61,934 nt of DNA from Pelomyxa schiedti. Lineage: Eukaryota; Protista; Evosea. Of the stretch, positions 51,801 through 61,934 are shown in pieces. A program made the translations under genes and the position numbers. The notes beneath the pieces are model-generated. The model was not told the DNA's origin. It was given only the letters and a program-made list of their open reading frames with translations, and searched no databases. Every line of letters begins with the position of its first letter. Positions within the stretch are counted from its first letter, which is position 1. The DNA is taken from assembly GCA_020536535.1 (NCBI GenBank), contig JAHLWZ010000879.1:1-61934 (forward strand). The letters run 5' to 3'.

Positions 51801-53295
51801 GTGGTGAACAGCCGCATGTCAGAATAAGCCTCTGTACATTGTAGTATGGACAAACAAGTCAAAGTGTTCTGGGAGCCCCTTGCCATTGCCTCCGCCAAGT
51901 TGGCTTGTACTCTGTACTTGACGTTACTTTTTTTTCCCCAGTTTAAGACAGTGCATACTCTTTGGATATCTTGCTTTGATTTTTCAGAACTAGTTTCTCC
52001 AAGACTCTGAAGAAAGTGAGAATTGGGTTGAATAGAAACTGGTCATACAGAGAACCACTTGGAGGAGGAACTACCCCATCAAGAATTGTACTATCAAGAA
52101 CAATTTCTCTCAAGTTGGTACGCTCGGCAAGGTTGAGAGTAAAGTGTGCATAGTTACCTGAGACTCGGGTGAGGAAAAAGGGAACGAAGGGTGGTAGTTA
52201 CCATGACTAAGCTCCACGCAACGAACAGTTGGAGATGAAATAGCGAGAGTGGTTGGGGTGTAATGGCATGATGAGTCCAGTCTTATTGTAGTAAATCTAG
52301 TGCACACAGTTTGGACCCTTTCTAGAACATCAAGTATTCCTTTCCAATCGGTTCGGACGTGAACAGATTCCAGAGAGGGAGCAAAGGATGTCAATAAATT
52401 TTCCAGAACTGGGGGAGTCCATTTACTGTATGAGGTTCTGCGCAACGCATTAATTCATCTCAATTCTGGTTTTGTGGGAGAACACTACACTATGGAGATA
52501 TCTTTTACAGCAGGTAGAGGAACGGAAGCAGTTTCCACAGTAAGAATTGTCTTTGATGACAAGCAACGTAATCTGGGACACCCAGCTAGTAGCACCTACT
52601 TTCCTGATCAGCAACGAAAGGAAGGTATACGGCTTTCATTTACCCTCACGCCGGCCTCTACATATTCTGGCTGTCCGTAGTAGTCCACACCCTCTGCATA
52701 CTTTGCAGCCGAAATATGAAAGACTTCGAGGTTTGGACAAATTAGTTCCAAGGGTCGCATTGCCTACTGCAGGTGAACCCAAAATTGAGGAGAGAAGGAA
52801 CGAACTTTGCGGGAATCGTCACATTCCACTGTACATTCGGTCACACGAAAGTGAATGAGAGACTTGGCTTCAAATCTCCTTGGAAGAGTGACCGTATTGA
52901 GAACAAGTGTGGTCAAAAAAGGGAATTCTTCCACCAGCGGAAGAATGTTAATAGCCTTCCTGGAGGACACATGCCTCACAGTAGATGAAGATAGCCCCAA
53001 GGAAGATAAATCTCCAAGGAATCCCGATGGGAAGTGCACAACAGAGTACTCGCTGCGCTACAATAACAAAAAATTAAAACACCAAACAGAAGCCAAAAAA
53101 AAAAAAAAAAAAAAGCAATTTCAATTGGCATACCGAAGATACAGATGACAAGTCATTGAGAACAAAGCACTTGAGGTAAGGCTCACAGAGTGATCTCATC
53201 ACCCTGTTGGTAAGGGCCAAGTGCAGCACATCAAAACTACTCAGGTACCTCAACAAGTACCTCGACACCTCCCTTTGCTTCAACAACGGCTCCAT
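48886..53295 (-). CDS. F-box-like / leucine-rich-repeat protein with Pro-rich C-terminus
   Basis: N-terminal LLRYLSSFDVLHLALTNRVMR; repeated LxxLxL motifs (LTTLELAG, LASLKLRNL, LKVLYLDGC); the 48886..49470 ORF joins in frame via predicted introns (VLDK-FVISEES..CQ-WADLDKK). Confidence 0.75.
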
Positions 53296-53483
53296 TTCGT
53301 CCCACTCTTCTGCCTGCGTTCGTTCAACGGGTTTTTCTTTTCTTTCTGTTCTTCAACTGGCTTCCGCGACCATCAACGGCGTTTTGGGTCGGTTTGTTTG
53401 TAACAAAGCCCCTGGGACACAAAAAACAGGAACAGGAAAGAAAGTGTGATGAAGAAAATTCTGCTATTAGAACGAATTCACGC

Positions 53484-55071
53484 CTACAAGCGGAGTGTGT
53501 ACTCCTTCTGGAGACACTTGATGCCCTTCTCATCGTACTCGGACTTGAGCACCCAGAATTCGGGCTTGTCCTTCATGATGTCTGCAAGCACGGCACCTCC
53601 GAGGAACACCATCTGCGGAAAGGGTTAGAACAGGAAGAAACAAATGAAGAAAGGTGATACGTGTTTGCGGCGAGGTGGGTCCTCTATGCGGCACTTGAAG
53701 CGAGCAAGGTTAGCTCTGTTCCCATTCAGAACGTGCTTGAGGTAAAGCTCCCTCACTTCTTTCTCAAGCCTTGAAGGAAGTCCGGGGAACATTGTTGTTC
53801 CACCACTAGGGAATCGTGAGTCGAAGACGAAAAAAAGAATGTGGAAGACCTGAGCACAATGTGGCTGTAGAAAGCGGCACGTGTGTCTCGGTCGGCTTTG
53901 TTGATGGAATCGAAGAGCTGTTCGGCAAGCCCGGGTACATCCTTGCCAATCATGTGGGGCTGGAACAGAATCTCGGGAGCCATGTACCTCTCCTGGCCAA
54001 CCTTGATGATTCGGCCATCGGGAAGAGCGAATGTGTCTACGAGAACAGTAGTCTCAGTAGCCAGCTGCTCTTCGATGTGGAGGTCATAACCACAATAGCA
54101 GAGTTTTTCCTTTATTTGTCGAACTGGAAAGGATGTAAGAAGCAGTAAGACTTCAAATGTCACAGACCTGTCTCAAAGTCGGCGGTGCTGTTGAAAGCAT
54201 AGCCTCGAAGCAAAAGCAACTTAATGAGATGCTTTGTGACATCACTGCCAGCCACATCAAGACGTCGGACAAGATGCTTCAACAGGAAGCCCTCGTACAC
54301 AGGGATAATGTGGGTTACACCATCACCACTGTCCACGACAACACCAGTGAGCAGACCTTGAGCGTACAATACAAGTACGGCCTGAGAAAAAATTAAGAAG
54401 AGGAATGACCTAGGGGAACACAAACCTGAACAGCAACGTAGACTCCATCAAAACCGTAAGTTTCGAACATTGTCTGGACCATCTTCTCTCTGAAGGGTTG
54501 TGTGAGGCACATAAGACACCAAAGTTGACACACTTGTTTGGAAGAGGGTTCATGGCAGCTTCGGTCAACAGAATTTTGCACTCGTGAGGATTGACGTGCA
54601 ACTTCTCGGTGAATGTGTAGTCCCAGACGTGGCACATATCTTCCCAGTTCTTGACAATACCGTTATCCAGTGGATAAGTGATCTGAAGGTTGGCGCGGAG
54701 CTCAGCTGCAGCATCTCCCACCATGATCTCCTTCAACTCGTGATCTCTAAGAATGTTGAGCACGAAAACTGGTAACATACAAGACCTACCCAATTCGCTC
54801 ATCAGATCGAATAATGGGCCTGCCAACCATGGACGGGAACTTCAACTCGGTTAGAAATACGATTTTAAACGAGCACGGGACTCACAATTGTAGCAGGGAA
54901 GTTAGCACCCGCAAATCCAGCCTTCAAGAACCCTGTAAAACCGCGTCAGAAAAAAAAAACTACGCCAATAAGCGTCGCCCCACGAAATAAGTTGTTTGTT
55001 AATACAGTACCAGTTCCGTTATCAACAACGATCGTCCTCCTCCTTGCCTCCTGTACTTCGTTGGCTGCCAT
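53484..55071 (-). CDS. ARP2: Actin-related protein 2 (Arp2/3 complex)
   Basis: [94 protein letters not shown]. Confidence 0.97.
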
Positions 55072-56090
55072 TGCCGCAGATCTTGTTTTTTTTTTTTTTT
55101 TACTTTGTTTGGTCGCCGTTGGATCTTCTTCGAACCGGTGCACCGTTTCGGCAGTTGCATGTTCCTTAATCTTTCTAAGCTATTGTTCTAATATGAGGAT
55201 GATACGGGGGAAACAGCTCAGTACTCAGAGAGCAAGTTCCAAGAATCATCGGGAAACTTCAGAAAGATTGTAACTGATAGTGTTATATCCCTCAAGAGCT
55301 GTGGCAAATGACGAGACCGTAGGTGCTGCGGGAGGGACTTGTGGGATCACAATGCCATCTCTGTTCGACGCCCAGCCACCCATAATTGACACCACAGAGG
55401 ACTCACTGCCATAACGCTTGGGGCCAGAGTCCCAAGAGGCGTCGGGTTTGGTCTCCCAGTACGATTATAAGCTTATTCCACCAACGCTCTGTACAGTTAT
55501 ATATAAAGCAAGAAAAGTTTCACTGTGATATCCTTTTAGACTACTACTGTTGAGCGCAGCCCGTTGGTGACTGCTACTGCGCAGCAACACCCTGCCAACC
55601 TGACAGCAATGTGGAATTCGCCGGGAGCTTGAACTCAAGTCGTCTCCGTTGTGACTGCAGTGCACCCACAGTCCCAATCCGCAAGAAGAGAACTGCCGGC
55701 AGCCACCCAGCACCGCAATTTGGTTCTGTTGAAAAAAGCTCTGCTTGCTGTCAGAGAGGCTTCTCTGGAGATGAGCGATGTCCAAATGAGGAAGTTTCAG
55801 AATTACTAGCTAGTAATTTCTTAGACTGTGCTAATGAGTTGCTGGACTGCAGGGGCACTGGTGAGGAAGCTGACGAGAAAGAATAGGAGGTGCACCACCT
55901 TATCCACCCATTAAACTGAAGCAGAAACTCAATGAGAATCTTTCTGCCCAAACTTTTGATTTTTCCATGATGCTAGATACAGTGACTTTTGAGAAGCAAG
56001 TGTTTTATGGCCAATGGTTGGGAGAATGAACGCAGCACAGCCAGCACCTCAGTGGGTGGTGTGAGGTGACACTTTTTTTGTGTGTGTTGC

Positions 56091-56711
56091 TCATATGCCC
56101 CTCTTGCGTTTGACCTTGACTATCCTCCAGGTAGTTTCGCCACTTGCGAGGCTTGCATTGAACAGAGGAAGCCCGCGGCCGGCCTTGTGCCCCAGGCCCA
56201 TGGACAGTGCGCCGTCCTCGACCTTGTGCTGCCTCGCGAAGAGGTCCTCGAGAAGCCGCCGCGGGGCCACGAATTCCACGACCGTCGTGGGGTTGGTGTC
56301 CACGTGCTTCTTGCCGTTGAGGTATTTCTCGGCGTAGTCGCGCCCCACGGAGCCTTGTATGATCGCCTGGTACGGCTGCGTATTTGGAAGCTGGTTGTTG
56401 TTCACGAGGTACAGCACTTCTTCATCCTTGTTTTATTATGCTTTGTTACTTAAGCAACACAACGACATTGGGTTACTGGCGAAAAACGAGGCGGAAAGGC
56501 GTGTAAAAAAAAATGCAAGTGGGACTCACACCCATTGGACGATAGGCGGTGTCGTGGGTCGGGGGAACGGGAACGTAGCGAGGGTCGGCGTCAAGCCAGA
56601 CCGACGACGCGCCGGGGTGCGAGGTGTCTACGAGGTGGCCCGACGACACCAGGAGTCGCTCGTGAGGAAGCAGCAACTTGCTCTGCCCGGTCACTTTCTT
56701 TGCACTCGTTT
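56091..56711 (-). CDS. Exons 2-3 of a predicted 180-aa protein (YRPMGDEE..TQPYQ..YAEKYL..DTNPTTVVEF); exon 1 predicted at 61424-61400 beyond the inserted elements
   Basis: Exon 56711-56530 and exon 56426-56091 are joined in phase by a GTGAGT..AAG intron; strong GC-rich coding bias; no in-frame ATG in exon 2. Confidence 0.7.
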
Positions 56712-56736
56712 CTGTTGGCCAATAAAAAATTAACTT

Positions 56737-59090
56737 ACACCGGTGTGCAAATGTGATGAGAATGAGGCCTTCATTTCGTCAGGCATGAAGCCCCAAATTT
56801 TGAAAAACCACGGACAAAAAACTGGAGCTGGCAGGAGTTTTTACACTTGGGAGGGGTTGTTTGTTTGCGGTTGGTATTGGGGGAGGAAAAAGGAAAAAAA
56901 CAAAAAAACAAAAAAATCGATGGTTTGGGTTCACTATGCCGGTGTTTCATGTGCTTGAGATGTATGCACTCCACTTATTGCCAGTTTTCCTCTTCATCTC
57001 ATACTTCACAGTTTTGGCCTTTCAATTCCAAGAGGGCTCCGCTGTCGGTATGGCTTCTTCCTTTCTTGTTTATTAATTTAATTTGATTTAGACACCTGAG
57101 TCCGTACTTTCTTATATTTCAGATAAGTAATTATTTAAGTTTGTTTTATTTCGTTTTCGTTCAGTTTTGTTTTTGTTCTTGTTCTCACATCAATACAGTC
57201 ATTGAAGATACTGATGCGGAGACGTGGGTACAGTTGTAGGTTTCCATTTATCTTCTCTGTTTTTATTTTTCGAGTTCTCACATTTTATAACCAGGTGGTA
57301 TTTTAGAGATTCGTTGAGAGGCAGACAGGAACAGGGAGGCAAAAGCAGGCGCACACCCAGAAGAATGTGCGTGCAGCTCCATTCCTCCGGTATTCCTCTT
57401 CTTTTAGTCCCCAATATACTCACCTCCAATCTCTAGGTACTTTCCTGTATTCAACCTACATGCAGTGAGAGTGCCGACATTGGGGCCCTTTTGACTTCCA
57501 GCAGCTCAGCCACTGGTATGTTTCTTATTTCTTATTTTTCTCATTTCACCTTGTACAGTAGGTGCTGGACTTGCCATGGTACATCCCCTCTCCCTTTCCA
57601 TCCTCACCCCACTCAAACATGATAGAATAAGTAGCCCAGACTGACGGAATGATGTGCTGCTCTGCTCCGCTTTTCGTCAGGTTTGCACCCGCATTGTCTC
57701 CCCAGTATTTCCTCACTTCCAATCCCAGGCTTTTTTTTTTTCTTGTTCCCACACTCAACTTGTGCTGAAATGGGTATTCTGCATTTCCGGTGGGTATGTG
57801 ACTCCTTCTTTTTTATTTGCTCCGGTCTCACAGATAATATTTTTTAGGTGGCAACTTACTGGTTTTGGAGCAGAGACCTATCACCAATGTACATCCCCTC
57901 TCCCTTTTATCATACCCCCACTCAACAGGTACCAGGGATTTAAGAAGGACTGACGAATTGAGTGCCTGGGGCTTCCACCTTCCACCTCCCCCTCTCTTGC
58001 CACTCCAATACTACACACTATCTCACATCTGTGCTCCAACACGCCAGAGTCCACTTCTCCCCCCTAATGTGCCCAGGCCTGAAGTCAAAAATCGACTTCA
58101 GGGAAAAAAAATTTTTTTTCCATGATTAAAGCGCTGGGATCCAAATTGGCTCGTGCTCCAAATTGTAATAGTTTTTTCCTCACCGAGAGTCTGCTTTGGA
58201 ATCACAGTGGTGGAGAGCAGGCTTGGACTGTGAGTGTCAGTGGAGGTCCGGCCTAGTGAGGTAACTATTATTGCTGAGTGGGGTTGGGGTGATTATAAAA
58301 AGGAGCCTGTACCTTGGTGGCATCCTCTCATCTCAGCCAGAAATTCCACAACCTAAATAAAGTATTTGAGACTGAAGAAAGAAAAAAAGAAGCAACACAT
58401 ACCAGTGCCGTAAATGCAGAAAGGATGTGGTGTATGCAATGCTGTGGAGACCCTGTGATGTTCTGGTATACACAGGCAGTCTGCCTATCTGGGGTACCTA
58501 TTCTGCCTGAGTGGTGTGATGATGGCGAAGGGATGGAGCATTTACCTCAGCTGGGCCGGCAAGTCCATCACCTAGTAACTGGGAAAAAGAAGAAATAGAT
58601 ACCAGGCCAGCTGGAAATCAAAAGGCCCCAATGCTGCCACTCATGTTCTATGGATTAGGTTGCCTAAAGAGAAGATGAGGGCATGGAGTAACAAGTCATT
58701 GGATAACTTGCTTGATTGCCGGCTCTGCTCCTTGTTCTCTGTCTGCAACATCCACAAAAAGAGCTCTGTTTTAAGGTGGGAACCTTGCATTGGGGAAAAA
58801 AAAAAGAAAAATCATGCCTGAGATAACAAGCACAATCTACAAACACCTCGAGTACTTGGAGCGACACCCATACACATGACACGATGTGACGCCAGCATGG
58901 TTTCACCAACACACGTTTTTTTTTTGTTGTTCTTTTTTCTCTCCCCCAAGTTCCAACCGCAAAATCACGAACCCTGCCAAGCGTAAAGAGCCCTTCAAAC
59001 TCCAATTTTTTGATGGTGGTATCTTCAAAAATCGCCTCCTCAACCTGTGATTTCTTCTGCTCCATTCTCCGTTCATTTGCACACCGGTGT
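56737..59090. mobile_element. Non-autonomous foldback-type DNA element, copy A (~2.35 kb)
   Basis: Ends ACACCGGTGTGCAAATG and CATTTGCACACCGGTGT are perfect inverted repeats; degenerate inverted homology continues inward; collinear with copy B; no transposase-length ORF. Confidence 0.8.
58077..58103. repeat. Central hairpin of copy A (GCCTGAAGTCAA-AAA-TCGACTTCAGGG)
   Basis: 9-bp perfect stem CCTGAAGTC/GACTTCAGG followed by an A-run. Confidence 0.85.
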
Positions 59091-59097
59091 GCAAATG
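59074..59097. repeat. Perfect 24-bp palindrome at the A/B junction (CATTTGCACACCGGTGTGCAAATG)
   Basis: Read directly; the left 12 nt are the reverse complement of the right 12 nt. Confidence 0.95.
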
Positions 59098-61405
59098 TGA
59101 TGAGAATGAGGCCTTCATTTCGTCAGGCATGAAGCCCCAAATTTTGAAAAACCGCGTACAAAAAACTGGAGCGGGCAGGAGTTTTTACACTTGGGAGGGG
59201 TCGTTTGTTTGCGGTTGGCGTTGGGGAGGAAAAAGGAAAAAAAACAAAAAATCTATCGTTTGGGTCCACTATGCCGGTGTTTCAAGTGCTTGAGGATGCA
59301 TGCACTCCCACTTATTGCCAGTTTCCCTCTTGCACAATTTTCAACATCCCTTCTTAACGCCTTTTCACTCTTCATCTCATACTTCACAGTTTCGGCCTCT
59401 CAATCCCAGCAGCGTACCACCGTTTTCAAGTTTCTCCTCCTGAAAGGGCTCCGCCATTGGTATGCTTATTTATTTATTAATGTAATTTACTTTAATTTAA
59501 ACACCTCAGTCAGTATTTTTTTTGTTTCTCACTTTGTCTCCTGCTATTTAAGTTTGTTTTATTTCGTTTTCGTTTTTGTTTAGTTTGGTTTTGTTTTTTA
59601 TTCTTGTTCCCACATCAACACAGGTCCTTGAAGATAATGATGCAGGGGCGCTGGTGCTCTGGTAGGTTTCCATTTATCTTCTCTGTTTTTCTTTTTCGAC
59701 TTCTCACATTTGATAACCAGGTGGTGTTTTAGATATTAGTTGAGAGGCAGACAGGAGCAGGGAGACCTGAAGGCATAAGTGGGCACGCACCCAGAAGAAT
59801 GTGTGTGCAGCTCAGCTCCATTCCAGCGGTATTCCTCTTCTTTGAGTTACCCAATATACTCACCTCCAATCTCTAGATCCTTTCCCGCACTCAGCCTGTA
59901 TGCAGTGGGAGTGCTGGCATCGGAGCCCTTTGACTTCCAGCAGCTTGGCCGCTGGTATGTTTCTTCTTTTCCTCGTTTCACCTTGTCCTACTTGTACCAT
60001 GGTAAATCCCCCTCTCCCTTTTCATCATCACCCCACTGAAACATAATAGGTACCCTGGACTGACGCCGCCCAGGAGAATGGTGTGCAGCTCTGCTCCGCG
60101 TTCCTCAGGTTTTCACTTTCAGTGTCCCCCCAGTATGGCCTCACCTCCACTCCCAGGTTTTTTTTTTCCCGCATTCAAACGTCTTCGATGCATTTCCAGC
60201 ACCTTCCTCACTTGGCCCCTACATGCCAGAGTCCACTTCTCCCCTGATGTGCCCTGGCCTGAAGTCGATTTTCGACTTCAGGCAAAAAAAAAAAAAAAAA
60301 AGCGTCATTAAAGTGCTAAACTCCCCTTCTCCAAATTGGTATTGTTTTTTTCCCACTTTAGAGCAGGATTGGAGTGTGAGATTTGGGGGGCACGGTGTGG
60401 GGAAGTAGAGTGAGAATGTGGGTGGGTGAGTGGAAGTCTGGCCTGGTGTGATGCTCATTCCAGCAGTGGAGGTAACTGTTATTGCTGAGTTGGGCGATTA
60501 GAAAAAGGGAGACAGTACCTTGGTGACATCCTATTCTCAGCCGGAAATCCCACAACCTAAATAAAGTATGTCAGACTGAAGAAAGAAAAAAGAAGCCACA
60601 CATACCAGTGTGACAAGGTGCGGAAATGCAGAAAGGATGTGGAGGAGGAGCCCACATGTTTCCAGGACCTGGCATGCACTGTCTGTATCTAATAGCCCTG
60701 AGTGTGGTATGCCGACACAAAGGGACAGGAACGTTGACCTCAGCTGTCATCTCAGTAAGTCCATCATCTAGTACACAAGGTGAAACTGGGAAAAAGAAGA
60801 AATAAGAAATATACCAGTGGCCACTGGAAATGAATGTGGTCCTCTGGATTAGGTCATCTAAAGGGAAGATGAGCGGCATGAAGTAGAGAGTGATTGGATA
60901 ACTGTGGGCTCAATTGTCAGCTCTGCTCCCTGTTCCTGTCTGTGTCTGCAATGTCCCCAGCACCAGCTGGTTTTCAAATGTAAGAACGCGAAAAAGAAAA
61001 ACAGAGAAGGTACATGCAGTTCCAGCTTGGTCCATAGAAGTCCCACAGCCAACGGTGTCATGTCACCAACTCTCTGTTTTGAGGTGGGAAACTTGGAGAG
61101 GGAAAAAAAAAGAAAAAAAGCATGCCTGAGGTAACATGCACCGTATATAAACACCATCACGTTGTACTTCCGCAACACCCACACACATTGGCACGATGCG
61201 TCACCAGCATGGTGTCACCAACACACCTGTTATTTTTCTTTGTTTTTCTGTTTTCTCTCCCCAAGTTCCAACCGCAAAATTGCGAACCCCACCAAGTGTA
61301 AAGAGCCCCCCAAACTCCGATTTTTTGATGGTGGTATTTTCAAAAAACGCCTCATCAACCTGTCATTTTTAATGCTCAATTCTCCGGTCATTTGCACACC
61401 GGTGT
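59081..61405. mobile_element. Non-autonomous foldback-type DNA element, copy B (~2.32 kb), tandem to copy A
   Basis: Same termini and internal order as copy A, with many substitutions and reciprocal indels; shares the 10-bp core 59081-59090 with copy A. Confidence 0.8.
60257..60283. repeat. Central hairpin of copy B (GCCTGAAGTCGA-TTT-TCGACTTCAGGC)
   Basis: 12-bp perfect stem, 3-nt loop, followed by a long A-run. Confidence 0.9.
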
Positions 61406-61934
61406 AGGGGAAAAAGGGATGCATACACCAACGCGATACAGAAGCGTATTAAGTTAACTGGAGTGCAAGTCAAAGGAGAAAAACAGAATTTGTTAGTGAG
61501 TAAGGCAGTGTGAAGCTGCCCGATTTTGCCGGGAGTTGTTGGGCGGTTGGTGTGGCGGCAGCGCGTTGAATCGGGTCTCACAGCGGCTGCGCGGCCTTGA
61601 ACATAAATGGGTTTGATTGTTCAGTGGCTTGTGACTTTTTATTATCATCACAACCACCAAAAAAATCGATGAGGGGTGGCCATGCCAGTAGTGGACAAGC
61701 AGTACTCTCCCATTTGCTTTTTGTTGTCTTCTTCACCACAACTGTTCTATTTGCTTGTTTATTATTTTATGTATCGGAGTGGTGTTTTTGATTTTATTAT
61801 TTAACAAATTATTTTTAAATAATTATAATGTATGAACTTCTTTATAAATAATTTTAATTACCAGTTCTTTTTTCCCCATTCCACATTACACCAGTATTTA
61901 TGGCAGCTTTCCACCAGTATGTGGCTTCTTCTTT

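Noticed and set aside
6554-55071. Functional cluster of trafficking/cytoskeleton genes (DMXL, DOCK, Rab fusion, RabGAP, Arp2)
   Set aside because: These classes are abundant in amoeboid genomes, orientations are mixed and unrelated genes intervene; no evidence of co-regulation.
55150-56000. Additional gene between ARP2 and the 180-aa gene
   Set aside because: Only short ORFs with in-frame stops and no motif; cannot support a call, though a decayed gene is possible.
60257-60301. Rho-independent terminator (hairpin plus homopolymer)
   Set aside because: Eukaryotic context, and the T-run precedes rather than follows the stem on the - strand.
56737-61405. Autonomous transposon or recombinase gene inside the tandem elements
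   Set aside because: Longest ORFs are ~130 aa, differ between copies and show no DDE, tyrosine-recombinase, RT or HUH motifs.
1-61934. tRNA, rRNA or snRNA genes
   Set aside because: No cloverleaf, T-loop consensus or rRNA-like conserved block recognised by eye; a covariance-model scan would be needed to exclude them.

Overview
Gene-dense eukaryotic (protist) DNA with many short GT-AG introns, mostly about 35-60 nt where homology lets me place them. Intron style and a lineage-type protein family suggest an archamoeba such as Pelomyxa; this is an inference, not a database result. Recognisable genes, left to right: Rabconnectin-3alpha/DMXL (RAV1-like), a DOCK DHR-2 GEF, WDR36/Utp21, a TKL-like kinase, a RING-coiled-coil-(2x unknown domain)-Rab fusion, a Cache-HAMP class III adenylyl cyclase, cyclin Y, a TBC1D22/Gyp1 RabGAP, a DHA2-type MFS transporter, an F-box/LRR protein and Arp2, plus several hypothetical genes. 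The most unusual part is 56.7-61.4 kb: two diverged ~2.3-kb foldback elements in tandem, joined by and flanked by the same palindromic core ACACCGGTGT. Removing them in silico restores a clean three-exon gene, the core overlaps that gene's first splice donor, and the central hairpin loop is inverted between the two copies. All exon boundaries are hand predictions.
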